Assembly (NCBI GenBank): GCA_038087875.1
Contig: CM075988.1
Span: forward strand, 27,344,001-27,408,000
Source of the DNA: Malacoraja senta
Taxonomy: Eukaryota
DNA length: 64,000 nucleotides
Reading direction: 5' to 3'
Part shown: in pieces, positions 22,679 to 35,980 of the stretch
Position numbering within the stretch: the first letter of the stretch is position 1
How the letters are laid out: the number at the start of each line of letters is the position of its first letter
Position numbers and translations under genes: made by a program
Notes under the pieces: model-generated
Database searches by the model: none
What the model saw: the letters and a program-made list of their open reading frames with translations, nothing else
What the model was told of the DNA's origin: nothing

Positions 22679-23305
22679 GCATACACACATAAAAAAAACA
22701 TACACACCTACGAACTTTTTATAGGGGGACAATCGAGGGCACATTAACCTACGGCATCACTTCCTGGTTCGGGAGCTGCAAGGCGTACGAACGGCACCAA
22801 CTAGACAGGATTGTGAAGACCGCCAGCAGGATTATTGGTGCTCCACTCCCTTTCCTGCTGGACATATACAGGAAGAGATGTATCAGCAGAGCCATCTCCA
22901 TCATCAAAGACCCCTACCACCCATCCCATCACATATTCTCCATCCTGCCATCTGGGAAGAGGTACCGGAGCATTAGGTGCAAAACCAGCAGGATGCTCCT
23001 CAGCTTCTTCCTGCAGGTTATAAGACTGATAAACGGACTTTGTCCCCTGCCAAAGTATCGTGCACCAACCACCAACCTGGACACACGGCAGCAGAGCCAC
23101 TGTCATGCCGCTGCCGATCGGAACGCCTGTTGATGTTTAGTAGAGTAGAGTGTTAATTTGTTCATGATATATGTATTTTTACTTCTATTTATTTTTTACT
23201 GCACACTGAAATGGACACTGGTTGAGGAACGTTTTTTTGTTTCCTCTGGGTATGCGAATACTCAGGAAATGACAATAAAGATATACAATACAATATACAA
23301 TACAA
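22679..23305 (+). mobile_element. Rex1/Babar LINE 3' fragment inserted in a CR1
   Basis: KTASRIIGAPLP...IIKDPYHPSHHIFSILPSGKRYRSIR...SFF; (ATACA)n tail; TAAAT at both junctions (22674-22678, 23306-23310). Confidence 0.9.
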
Positions 23306-23601
23306 TAAATAGCTGTGGTCCCAGCACCGAGCCTTGCAGTACCCCACTAGTCACTGCCTGCCTTTCTGAAAAGGACCCGTTAATCCCTACTCTTTGTTTC
23401 CTGTCTGGCAACCAATTTTCTATCCATGTCAGCACTCTGCCCCCAATACCATGTGCCCTAATTTTACCCACTAATCTCCTATGTGGGACCTTATCGAATG
23501 CTTTCTGAAAGTCCAGGTACACTACATCCATTGGCTCCAGAAGATTAGTAAAGCATAATTTCCCCTTCGTAATTCCATGCTGACTCGGACCGATCCTGTT
23601 A

Positions 23602-24779
23602 AGGGCCAGTCTCACTTGGGAGACATTTTTGGCGACAGCCTGACGTGGTTGTCTCCTCGTGGTCGGATCGTGACGCGGTGTGACGCATGTAGTGACGTGC
23701 AGTGTCTCCCTATGGCCCCTTGATTTTGAACATTTTCAAAATCCTGGGGCAACATCTGGGTGTCTCATCATGTCGTGCGCCCTGTCACACGCTGACGTAT
23801 GCTGTCCTGCGGGTGACCCCCGGTTAGGGTTAGGGTAAGGGACCACAGATGGGCTGTAAAATATTCTTCCTTCAATGCATCGATTTTAAACATTCATATA
23901 TAAAATTAATACAATAAAATTAATTGTGCAAATAAAAAGATGTCTGAGTCGTTCAGTTTTATTTACAGATGTATTGGTCCGCTTCCAGATCCAATCACTC
24001 AGTTTTCAACTGTACCCAGTTGAACAGCCCGCTTATACTCATACCAAGCCTATCAACCTAGAGTTAGGGTTAGCATTAGGGTTAGATTTACGGTTAGGGT
24101 TAGGATTAGGGTTATGTCTAGTGTTAGGGTTAGGGCACGGGTTTGTATAAATTGTCCCTAGTGTGTGTGGAATAGTGTGCGGGTATTAACTGTTGGCAGG
24201 CTGGGTTCACAATGGGGGCATCGGGGAAAATGTGGGGGGGGGGGTTGGAGAATGGGAGAAGGGAGAGAGAGGGGTAGAAGGGGAGAAGAGTGGAGCGGGG
24301 AGAAGGATGAAGAGGGGAGAAGAAGAGGGGAGAGGAGAGTGGGGAAGGGTAGGGAGTAGTGGAGAAGGAGGGATGGGCCAGGAGAGGGGAAGAGGGTGGT
24401 GGAGGGGAGAGGGGAGTTCAGTCTACACTCATTGAATCCATCCCTGTGAAAAGTTAGAAACAGTGATTGGCTCTGAAGCGGACCAATACATCTGTAAATA
24501 AAACTGAACGACTCAGACATCTTTTCATTGGCACAATTGATTTTATTGTATTAATTTTAATATATTAATGTTTAAAATCCATGCATTGAAGGAAGAATAT
24601 TTTACAGCCCATCTGTGGCCCCTAACCCTAACCCTGATCCTAACCCTGATCCTAACCCTAACCGGGCGTCACCCGCAGGACAGCGTACGTCAGCGTGTAT
24701 GTCGTACAACTTGACGGTTTTACGGACGCGTCACTGATGCTCGCAGTCGCCGAAAAAATGGCAAAGTGGGACAGGCCCT
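23602..24779. mobile_element. Harbinger-like MITE (same TIR family as 11604-16397) inside a CR1, carrying a foldback element
   Basis: Ends AGGGCCAGTCTCAC...GTGGGACAGGCCCT; flanks TTA/GTA; the interrupted CR1 sequence (gatcctgtta|ctgctatccaaatg) rejoins across it, compare 9500-9525. Confidence 0.8.
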
Positions 24780-25723
24780 GTACTGCTATCCAAATGTGCC
24801 ACCATTTCATCTTTTATAATTGACTCCAGCATCTTCCCCACCACCGATGTCAGGCTAACTGGTCTATTATTCCTTTTTCTCTCTCCTGTCTTTCATAAAT
24901 GTGGGATAACATTAGCTCCCCTCCAATCCTCAGTCACATCAGTTTACCAACACCATTTCCTGCCTAATGTGGATTTCCTTCAGTTCCTCAGTCACCCCAG
25001 ATCCTCTGGCCACTAGTACATCAGGAAGATTGTTTGTGTTCTCCTTACTGAAGACGGATCCAAAATACCTGTTCAACTCATCTGCCATTTCCTTGTTCCC
25101 CATAATAAATTCACCCTTTTCAGTCTTCAAGGGTACAACTTTGATCTTAACTATTTTTTTCCTCTTCAAATAACTAAAGAAGCTTTTATTATCCTCCTTT
25201 ATATTTTTGGCTAGCTTACCTTTGTACCCCCCCCCCCCACCGCAGCCCCCTCCCCTCGCACCCCCCACCACCACCACCCCTCTCCCTCCTCCCACTTCCT
25301 CCTTCCCCCACACACACCTCACCCCCACACCCACCCCTCCCCCACACCCCCCTCCCCCACACACCCCCTCTCCCACACACCCCCACTCCCCTCCTCCCAT
25401 GCTCCCTCCCCTCCCCCAAACACACCCCACTAGTCACTGCCTGCCATTCTGAAAGGGACCCGTTAATCCCTACTTTGTTTTCCTGTCTGCCAACCAATTT
25501 TCTATCCATGTCAGCACTCTACCCCCAATACCATGTGCCCTAATTTTGCCCACTAATCTCCTATGTGGGATCTTATCGAATGCTTTCTGAAAGTCCAGGT
25601 ACACTACATTCACTGGCTCTCCCTTGTCCATTTTCCTAGTTACATCCTCAAAAAAATTCCAGAAGATTAGTAAAGACTGATTTCCCCTTCTTAATTCCAT
25701 GCTGACTCGGACCGATCCTGTTA

Positions 25724-27132
25724 AGGGCCAGTCCCACTTGGGAGACTTTTTGGCGACAGCCTGAAGAGGTTGTCGCGTTGTGGTCGGGTCGTGACTCGGT
25801 GTGACGCATGTAGTGACGTGCGGTGTCTCCCTGTCGCCCCTGGATGTTGGAATGTTCAAAATCCAGGGGCAACATCTGGGTGTCTCATCATGTCGTGCGC
25901 CCTGTCACACGCTGACGTATGCTGTCCTGCGGGTGACCCCCGGTTAGGGTTAGGGTAAGGGTCCACAGATGGGCTGTAAAATATTCTTCCTTGCATGCAT
26001 CGATTTAAACATTCATATATAAAATTAATACAATAAAATCAATTGTGCAAATAAAAAGATGTCTGAGTTGTTCAGAATTATTCACAGATGTATTGGTCCG
26101 CTTCCAGATCCAATCACCCAGTTTTCAACTGTACCCAGTTGAAAAGCCCACTGCCTCTGGGGGTTTGGAGAGACAATTGGAATAGAGATCTGCCCTCTGG
26201 GACAACTCGTGGCCAACAGTTTAGTTCCCATGAGCAGGCAGAAACTGGGGGTTCGATCCCAACCGCTGGGGCCCCTGTATCACATTTAGTTCAGAGATAC
26301 AGTGCCCTTCGGCCCACCGAGTCCGCACCGACCAGCGATCCCCCGCACACTGTCCCACACACGCCAGGGTCAATTTATATATATACCAAGCCTGTCAACC
26401 TAGAGTTAGGGTTAGGGTTAGTGTTAGAGTTATGGTTAGGGTTAGGGCTCGGGTTTGTATAAACTGTCCCTAGCGTGTGTGGGATAGTGTGCGGGTATTT
26501 GCTGGTCGCAGGCTGGGTCCACAAATGGGGGGCATCGGGAAAAATGGTGGGGGGGGGGGGGTTGGAGAATGGGAGGAGGGAGAGGGGGAGAAGGGGATGA
26601 GAGGGAGGGGGGGAGTGACGAAGGGGAGAAGAGTGGAGCGGGGGGAAGGGAGGAAGAGGGGGTAAGGGAAGAAGGGGGGAGAGGGGAGGGGAGAAATGTA
26701 GGGGGGGTTAGTGGAGAAGGAGGGATGGAGCAGGAGAGGGGGTAAGAGGGGGGTGGAGGGGAGAGGGGAGTTCAGTCTACACTCACTGAATCCATCCCTG
26801 TGAAAAGTTAGAGACGGTGATTGGATCTGGAAGCGGACCAATACATCTGTAAATAAAACTGAACGACTCAAGACATCTTTTCATTTGCACAATTGATTTT
26901 ATAGTATTAATTTTAATATATTAATGTTTAAAATCCATGCATTGAAGGAAGAATATTTTACAGCCCATCAGTGGACCCTAACCCAGACCCTGGCCCGAAC
27001 CCTAACCTTAACCGGGCGTCACCCGCAGGACAGCATACGTCAGCGTGTATGTCGTACAACTTGACGGTTTTACCGGCGTCAGTCCCTGACGCTCGCAGTC
27101 GCCGAAAAAAATCACAAAGTGGGACAGGCCCT
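25724..27132. mobile_element. Second copy of the MITE + foldback composite
   Basis: Same TIRs and identical CR1 insertion site as 23602-24779; has an extra ~230-bp SINE-containing segment (~26146-26375). Confidence 0.8.
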
Positions 27133-28707
27133 GTACTGCTATCCAAATGTGCTGCTATTTCATCTTTTATAATTGACTCCAGCATCTTCCCCACCACCGA
27201 TGTCAGGCTAACTGGTCTATAATTCCGTTTTCTCCCGTCTTTCTTAAATGTGGGATAACATTAGCTACCCTCCAATCCTCAGTCACATCAGTTTACCCAA
27301 CACCATTTCCTGCCAAATGGGGATTTCCTTCAGTTCCTCAGTCACCCCAGATCTTCTGGCCACTAGTACATCAGGAAGATTGTTTGTGTCCTCCTTCGTG
27401 AAGACAGATCCAAAATACCTGTTCAACTCATCTGCCATTTCCTTGTTCCCCATAATAAATTCACCCTATTCAGTCTTCAAGGGTACAACTGTGGTCTTAA
27501 CTATTTTTTCCTCTTCACATACCTAAAGAAGCTTTTATTATCCTCCTTCGTACACCCCCACCCACTTTCTCTCCCTCCCCACACGCACACCCTCCCCAAC
27601 ACCCCCTTCTCCATCCCCCACCTCCTCCTTCCCCTCCCCCCCACACACCCCCCCCACCGACACCCCCTCTCCATCCTCCCACATCCTCTCTCTGCCCGCA
27701 CTCCCACCCCCTCTCCCACAGCCCCCACCACACACACACACCCTCCCTCACCACACCCCCTCCCACCACACCCCTCCCCCACACACCCCTCCCCCACACA
27801 CCCCTCCCCCCCACCACACCCCCTACCCCACACACCCCCTCCCAAACACCCACTCCCCCACCACACACCCCCTCCCCCACACACACCCCCCTCCACAACA
27901 CACTCCCCCACTCACAAAGCCATCTCACCCCGACCCACACACCCACGCCCACAACCACCCCCACCCTCCCTCGCACGCCCCCTCCAGCTAACAATGTTTC
28001 CTGCACTCCTCCCCCATCCCCCCCACACACACCCCGCCAACACCATTTTCAGTCTTCAAGGGTACAACTTTGGTCTTAACTATTTTTATCCTCTTCAAAT
28101 ACCTAAAGAAGCTTTTACTATCCTCCTTTATATTTTTGGCTAGCTTACCTTCGTACCCAAACCCCACACCCCCTCCACCACAGCACCCTCCCCCCGCACC
28201 CCCCACCACCCTTCTCCCTCCTCCCACTTCCTACGTCCCCCTGTACTCCCTCCCCCTCCCCCACACACACCTCCCCTCCCACATCCTCCCTCTCCCACAC
28301 GCACCCCACCAACACAACACAAGAACTCTGCATTTACAAACTGAGACTTAAAAAATGGCACCAAACCTGGCCTTTGTCTACTGTCTCAATGTACTACTGT
28401 TATACACTTGTACCGTATCCGAGATTCTTATTTAAGATTTGTCATAGTATTATGTATGGTGATACGTATTAAAATTTATACAGAAATGAATTTCACTTCA
28501 GCTCAGTAAATATGACTAATAAAGAACCATTGGACATTTATAAGCACAGTTCTTACCTTGGTCTTGGCTTTCAGCATTGCTAGAATGAAGAGGTTCCCGT
28601 TGCTTCTAGTGTGAAGATACGCTCCTTCTGTGTCAGTCGTGACGACAAAGGACAGAGGGCAGATAGGAAGATGCCGAACAGCATGGGAGCTGGGACACAA
28701 CATTGCT

Positions 28708-29210
28708 TCAATAGGCAATAGGTGCAGGAGTAGGCCATTCGGCCCTTCGAGCCAGCACCGCCATTCAATGAGAGCATGGCTGATCATCCACAATCAGTAC
28801 CCCTTTCCTGCCTTCTCCCCATATCCCCTTGACTCCTCTATCTTTAAGAGCCCTATCTAGCTCTCTCTTGAAAGTATCCAGAGGACGGGCCTCCACCGTC
28901 CTCTGAGGCAGAGAATTCAACAGACTCACAACTCTCTGTGTGAAAAAGTGTTTCCCCATCTCCGTTCTAAATGGCTTACCCCTTATTCTTAAACTGTGGC
29001 CCCTGGTTCTGGACATCCCCAACATCGGGAACATGTTTCCTGCCTCTAGCGTGTCCAAGCCCTCAATAATCTTATATATTTCAATGATCCCCTCTCATCT
29101 TTCTAAATACTAGAGTATACAAGCCCAGTCGCTCCATTCACGCAGCATATGACAGTCCCGGCATCTCACGAATTAACCTTGTGAACCTATGCTGCACTCC
29201 CTCAATAGCA
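28708..29210 (-). mobile_element. CR1 LINE 3' fragment running into the gap
   Basis: ORF 28765..29058 RTRGHSLRIRGKPFRTEMGKHFFTQRVV; very similar to 679-1180. Confidence 0.9.
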
Positions 29211-29410
29211 NNNNNNNNNNNNNNNNNNNNNNNNNNNNNNNNNNNNNNNNNNNNNNNNNNNNNNNNNNNNNNNNNNNNNNNNNNNNNNNNNNNNNNNNNN
29301 NNNNNNNNNNNNNNNNNNNNNNNNNNNNNNNNNNNNNNNNNNNNNNNNNNNNNNNNNNNNNNNNNNNNNNNNNNNNNNNNNNNNNNNNNNNNNNNNNNNN
29401 NNNNNNNNNN
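29211..29410. other. Assembly gap (200 N)
   Basis: Run of n characters. Confidence 1.
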
Positions 29411-32400
29411 ATGCTGGATGTTGGAAATAAAATAACTTTTTGAAATCATGTAATATTTCCAGCACTTTCCCTTCACTGGATTTCCAGCATCTGTTTAAGG
29501 GGTTTTATTTTTCTGCTTTTGTTATATATAAGATAGAGTATGGTATTTTAAAAAGACGAACTGGTTAAACTATTCTGAAAATCTTTCATTTATAACAAAA
29601 TAATCTTTAATTATTTCTAATCACAAATATATAATTTCTTTATCTTTAATTAAAAATAATAACGTGATAACTAATTGCCATGACAACAGCACTGGAGCAA
29701 AACATGAAGCTGGGGATTGCTTAAGATTTGTAACGTATTTCATGTTATTCTATTAACGGGATTTGTTTTGATTATAAATTCTGAGTACAGTTATGTGGAT
29801 TTGAATTTTTGATTAATTTTGGGCTTGTCCTATTATATGCGAGTTAAACTGAAATGTCAGGAAAGACTCTATGAATCCTAAAGTGAAGATGTTCTATTTA
29901 ACCTCGCAATTTATAATTGTAAATTCCATTAAGAAGAGAAAATGAGGACATAATCCAGACCAGAATTGGGGCAATGCTGGTTGTGTGCCCCTCAGCCAGT
30001 TGTTTAGCACAAGATTAACCATTGGACATACGGTAAGCTGCAAGCCTCGCGTAACACCTCCCCAATAGCTTGTCCATTTAAACGTCAGATCCGTCAGGCA
30101 GCAAAGGTAATAGGCCAGCTCCTGCTAATATTTAGTGAGTAACCCTGTAGAAAAATGGTGGCGAACAGCAGTTTGGGCGTCAGAGTGTTCTGAACTACCC
30201 CCAAACAATGCATTGCAATAGGGAAGTACAGAATACATGGGAGGTCAGATGACCTATCGTTCTGTTACGGGGCACTGAGTGTAGGGGTAATCCACAAAGT
30301 CCTGAGCTGAGGCGTGAGACACACTTCATATCACTGGGGTCACCAGCCATCAAGAAAAGGGATAAGTTTACAAGAGGTTTTAGTTTTATTTCTTTAATTC
30401 ACGATATGTTTGAGTTTTTATTATTTGACACCAGCTTCCGGTCTTTTTTTATGGTTTTATAAAATATCTATTTTAAATTATTTAAACCAATTTCAACATT
30501 TTTGGTGTGGGCTGGGGTAGGGTGGGGTGTGGTGGGGGATTGAGTGCAGCCTTTTAGGATGAGGTAGCTGGAGACACTTTGCAAGGTGGCTGTGGAACTG
30601 TGGCCTCTTGTCATTTGACTGCCCCGCAACATGTGAGAGTAGCAATGGGGGTGGTAGGAAGGTCGAGTGCAGGGAGAGGGACAGATCGAGCATGATCCAG
30701 CCCAATATTTGATGAATTGTGTGTTGTACGTGCTCTTCTCCATTTACTTACATTTATTGCTTCACAAAATTTCTTTTCCTCCTCTTTAGGTTCCTCCACA
30801 GCACTTGGCATTCCTTGCTGAGAGGCAGGGTTGGCAAACTCCATTCAGGTATCTGCCCATGCTCCTCTGTAACTTCCCTGTAGGTGAAGTGCTCACAGTT
30901 GGCTAGTGGTGACACCCAACCTATCACTTCACTGATGCCCCACTTACCTGTGTCCTGTCCTACCACCACCACCACCTATCTTTGTCCCACCCACTAACAT
31001 CCCTACCAGGTTTGTGAGCCTCTGTAAACAGTTGTGGCAGCGGAGCTGGACCCAGTCACTCAGTGACAAAGTTTGTTCATTCATCCTTCTCCTAAGACTC
31101 CCACACATAACTTCAGCCAGTCAACATAGACAAACAGTTTTTTCCTAAGGAGATTTCCAAGTGCACTCTCAATCCCGGAAACCTGATCAGAAGTTTGGCA
31201 CAATGCTCCATGCATTACAGGAATCAAATATCAGATTTCAATGGCTCCAGTAAATAAACTCGAAGATTGTTAACATAATCTTGCATCTCATTTTCTTGTA
31301 ATCTCTTGAAAGACAAGCCATAACAAAAATGGAAATATTATAACAAATTAGACAAAAGCTCTCAATTTCCTCACTTTAACTGCCAGAGAGTGTTCAATGA
31401 GGCTGTCTGCATTATGCTGAGAATACCCAACTATCAGCTAAACATTGCATTTATAGCAAAGAATCAACATATGCAATCAGATAAAACTTTTGAATAAGAA
31501 GGGATTCTGGAAGATGCAATTGTCCTTCCCAAATGATACAGTTTGGGCTCATCGTAGTCAATTAGCTGCTTTTTACACCACGGCTGATTTTGATATTAAA
31601 TCAGACATGGGAATAAAAAGCAGGTGTATTGTAGAATGGGCTGACTAATTGGTATGAGCAACTTTTGTGTTTTTAGCAAATGGCCCATTTCACCCTTGCT
31701 CCAATTAGCAGTTTTCATTACTTCAAAGAGCGCCAGCACTGTGTAAATTAATGTAGAGACACTGAGGTAAGTTAGAATCAAAAATGCCAGGCAGGAAACC
31801 CATGGAATCTGATATAATCCATCCAATCCTAGCTCTACAGCCTGCATGTAACACAACAAAATTACACATGCAAACTATAAAGATAATATTCGGTACAGAA
31901 ATATAGAGACAATTTTTTCAGCAGTTCTTTTGAATTTATGTCTTTTTTTTTTAGTGTGATATACTCTTCTTTCTTGAGTATTTCCTCCAACCTTCTTGAA
32001 ATGTGATATCTTTCAATCAAAGAGGTAACTGGGTAACCAACTCTCCGAACGCTATCAGTGTAGTTCTGAATCTCTGGTTAACTCGGGAATAATGATTCTT
32101 CCTTTGCTTATAGGGCCATCTTTGACCTTCACTCAGAGAGGTTGTTCATATTTGCCCTCTGATTATTAAAGGATTGTAGTCCTTCAAATTGGGGTCAGTA
32201 GCTTTACTTGCTAATTTACATCAATAACTTTTTATCCAAAGCATTCACCTATTTAAAAAAGATCATGGATTCATATAGCATGGAAATATCCCGATTGGCC
32301 CAACTCATCCATGACAACCAGGTTTTAAAATGAGCTAGTCCCAATTGCTTGTATTTATGTCCCATATCCCTTTAACCTTTGCTATCGATGTACCTGCCTC

Positions 32401-33193
32401 AATGTATTTTAAATATCACCATTGTACCCGCCTCTGCACCTCTCTCCAGTCCTCTCCACACACACTAAATTTACTTGCAAGAGCTCTCATCCAACAGGCC
32501 ATCTTCTTAATGCTTCGCAGCATCCCTGTCCAATTTATGAGCATTCAACCCCAAAAACAACAGGGCCACTGCAGCCAGCCAGTCATTGCGACTTGCTCAG
32601 TCTGTCATCAAAAAATTAAAGTTGACCTCAGTTTTTCACCTCAAGCCATGATTTTGAGGTAGTCTCCAATAAATCAGGAGAATCAATCCGGAGAACAATG
32701 TACCCACAATGGTTGAATGGTGGGGTTGAGGTGAACAGGACTATATATATTTAAGAGAAAACTGGGTGCACTTGATGGAGAAATAAATAAATAGTGATAT
32801 GTTTGGATTAAACTGAATTGGGGGAGGCTTCAGCAGATGTAAACACTATCTCGACCATTTGGACAATTTGGTCTTTTTTTGAAATGCAAATCTGTATTGT
32901 GGGGTTGCTCAGTATAAAGACTCATCAGCAAAGCCCACACATTCTCATTCCGTGTGATTAGCACACTACTGGTTTAAAACTACTGAAAATATATTTTCAC
33001 TATGTCATTAATTGTGCATTCAATAATGCTTTGGTTAGGCGGGAAATCAAGACAAAGCAGAAAACATAAGAAACTCAAAGCAAATACATTTAGCTACATT
33101 TACTCGCCAAAGTTCTATGGTGCCATTGGTGACATGGGGAAATACCACAAGTGTGTCTGGCGATAGTTGGTGGTGGTTCTCAGCTCTCTGCAT

Positions 33194-33223
33194 ATGGTTC
33201 AAAATAGAACCATAGGTGTGATG
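33194..33223 (+). CDS. Unidentified gene, candidate first coding exon
   Basis: MVQNRTIGVM (or ATG only, 33221-33223) followed by a GTGAGT donor; in-frame TAG upstream at 33164. Confidence 0.25.
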
Positions 33224-34075
33224 GTGAGTACAACCAGCAGCGGATACTCATGCGTTTAATACCAAGACTGTTTCTCCCCAGGATAGTCCCTGTTCAGATC
33301 GATTAAGACAGTTGGACCAAGAAAAGGGCAAACAAAGAAGGTCCAGGGTGGGATGAGGAAGGAGGTGAGGAGGAGAGTGAAGAGGTCAAAGTAATGGGAG
33401 TCAAAGTACAAAATGGCAGACAAGATTGTCAGATAGGAGGCTAGTGTTGAACATTGGAAATTCCACTGTGGGGTGGAGACAAACACTGGATCATCATGCA
33501 AGTACCTAAACACTTGAAATCGTCCTGTACCATCTAGAAGTTTGTAATATGATAATAATATTACAGTGGCTTTGGCTATAGAGCTTAAGTTAGTTTACTG
33601 CTGTAAATGCCTATCGCAGCACCACTAACCATCGTGGCTTTAATTATAGGCACTTTGTAGTGAATAGAATAACTGTCCTTTGAAATGAAATGTTGTTACC
33701 CACATATCATTGTTAATTTATATATTTACTTGATGATTAGTAAATAAATAAAATCTGCTTTAGAAAATGAAATAAAATAGTTCAGTGTTTGTAATATCAG
33801 TGATATGAATAAATTCTGGGTAGATCTATTAAAGTTGGCAACAAAATTGGAATTGGCCAGCATTGTGTAATGTTTTTCTCAGCATTGTTAACTTAATTCC
33901 TGGCCTGCAAACCTATGATCACTGTTTAGTATAGTACAATTATGTCAGGGTAATATATGATCAAAACTACTTTAAATAATTTCCACTACTTTCTTTGTTC
34001 CAACCCCATGCAAATTACTAAAAATATGAATACTCCATCAATGACTTCTCGAGTGTTTTGACTTGTGTGCTGTAG

Positions 34076-34113
34076 GATCATACATGTGTTGCCAGACTTC
34101 AGCGAGAGGACAT
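34076..34113 (+). CDS. Unidentified gene, candidate internal exon
   Basis: tgctgtag acceptor, GTAAGT donor, 38 nt, DHTCVARLQRED plus AT (phase 0 to 2). Confidence 0.35.
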
Positions 34114-35547
34114 GTAAGTGAAATTAAGAGAGATGTCCTAATGCCCTTCTACCAGGTACAGGGGCAGAGACATCATTGTATCCTATCATCTGAGAGAAGG
34201 CTTTGTATGATTAGAAACAGCATACGGATGTAAATGAACACATAACTAGGAACATTTTATTTTCAGAAAGAAGCCAGTGAGTGGGATTAATAGTTTGTAC
34301 CAGCACTATCGCCTTATATCTGGTGCAATAATTTTTAATGTGTAAAAGTTGGGATTTTTTGGAATATACAGATTTTAAAAAAGGAAAATCATATCGCCTT
34401 TTGCCTATTTCAGGGGAAGTGGACCTGGTTCCTGTAGACTCTGATAAATATCTAACCAGTTTTTTTTTCTCAGTGTCCTGTGGAACCACTTTAAATAAAC
34501 GATTCATTACTCGTGTAAATACTGGCTCAGAAATCGGTTCCAAGCAGTGGAGCAAGAGTGGATCTTTCCCATTTTAGGTGACATCTTCTTCCCATTGTCT
34601 CCTGTATTACCCCTGTTTTACAGCCTCTGTTTATGGGCAACTTAAGTATATTTTCATGCAGGCAAAGAAGACAAGTTTAACGTGGAGGTAAACGGAAGGT
34701 ATATGGCAAACTTGCCCAAATTAACCCTGCAAAGCCCAAAATCCAATTTAAGGTGAACTTCAGGCTTCACTCATGGGATATATACTCCATGTGCCTGAAA
34801 ATTGACCATGATCATTTTCCACCTTCATGCTCCTTCCTCTTTACAGAGAACCAGCATCTGACAGAGTGCACAGTGATCTGGACTTCAATTTGCCAGGTAG
34901 AGTTTGACATTTAATGTTTCAGTTCCAATCATGGTAACTTTTAGATCTCAGTTTCTGTTTTGTTAGGCCAAGATACCCATCAGAGGGCAGGCATCTCTTG
35001 AGGATGAAGCAATAGTACTCCTTTTGTACAAAAATATTTTTGTAGACAATATTTCCATAGATAACTGTGTGCATACAAAATGGGATTTAAATCCGGGTGT
35101 TCAGAGTACAGAGTCCATTGCTTTAACCACTCACCTATATCTTCATAACATTCATTAAATCATTCCTCTGCAATGCCAAATTACTTTTTTATAATCAGGC
35201 AAAGCCAAGGACTGGGAGTGTATCATCACTTTGCTTTATATGGATAGGATGCTCAGTCTGGTCCAAGGGAATGAAGAGACTAGAAAATACAAAATTGTAA
35301 CACTTTAAAAACCTAATTGCATTCAAGCAACGACTGTAATATTACACTGCTTTAAATATTTTAAATCTGGTCTGTCCAAACAAATGGTTGAATGTTGGTT
35401 CAGATTCTATAGTTAACATATTTTAATAAGTGGATGTTTTACTATCGCAAGTTATTGCTCAGTGATGATGAATAATTGTAAGTCAGATTAACTGGTACAG
35501 TTGAATTTTTCCCCATCCCTTTTTTTTTGTTTCTCTTGCTCTTGCAG

Positions 35548-35669
35548 GAGGCCTCCAGATACACATGGTGAGGCTGCTGTACCTGCGAGCTTTGAAGGAC
35601 TGAGATATCAACGTGTGAGAAAGCCCAAGAAGGCAACCCAGCTCCCCTCAAAACCACGGCGAAAAAACA
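35548..35669 (+). CDS. Unidentified gene, candidate internal exon
   Basis: Strong polypyrimidine tract + cag, GTGAGT donor, 122 nt; only one frame is open: RPPDTHGEAAVPASFEGLRYQRVRKPKKATQLPSKPRRKN (phase 2 to 1). Confidence 0.55.
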
Positions 35670-35684
35670 GTGAGTGACTCAGTG

Positions 35685-35980
35685 GCACGGTGGCACAGCG
35701 GTGGAGTTGCTGCCTTACAGCGCCAGAGACCCGGGTTCCATCCTGACTATGGGTACTCTCTGTATGGAGTTTGTACACTCTCTCCATGACTGCATGGGTT
35801 TTCCCATGGGTACTCCATTTTTCTCCCACCCTCCAAAGACGTACAAGTTTGTAGGTTAATTGGCTTTGTCAAAGATTGTAAATTGTACATAGTGTGTAGG
35901 ATAGTGCTAGTGTATGGGATGATTACTGATGGTGCAGACAGTGGGCCGAAGGGCCTGTTCCTGTGCTGTATCTCTAAACT
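35685..35980 (+). mobile_element. tRNA-derived SINE
   Basis: ggcacggtggcacagcggt (A box) ...gacccgggttccatcct (B box)... gggccgaagggcctgtt...tctctaaactaaac (CR1-like tail). Other copies at 53110-53310, 58020-58620 and 61670-61980 (minus). Confidence 0.85.

Larger units (their letters stand above)
23306..28160. repeat. Local tandem duplication (~2.1-kb unit x2 plus a partial third copy)
   Basis: 23340-25225 matches 25425-27548; 28045-28155 repeats 25115-25225; units are joined by C-rich low-complexity tracts. Confidence 0.85.

Noticed and set aside
23788..23830. CACGCTG terminus as an RSS heptamer or RAG/Transib transposon end
   Set aside because: Poor heptamer match, no nonamer at 12/23 spacing, no 5-bp TSD.
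23820..27015. TTAGGG/CCCTAA repeats as a true telomere or chromosome-fusion scar
   Set aside because: Short, degenerate, embedded in duplicated inverted arms within a MITE.
30752..30877. Minus-strand exon-like segment (ctacag...GTAAGT; MEFANPASQQG...; weak Myb/SANT-like ECQVLWRNLKRR in another frame)
   Set aside because: All three frames contain a stop within the segment and no partner exons were found.
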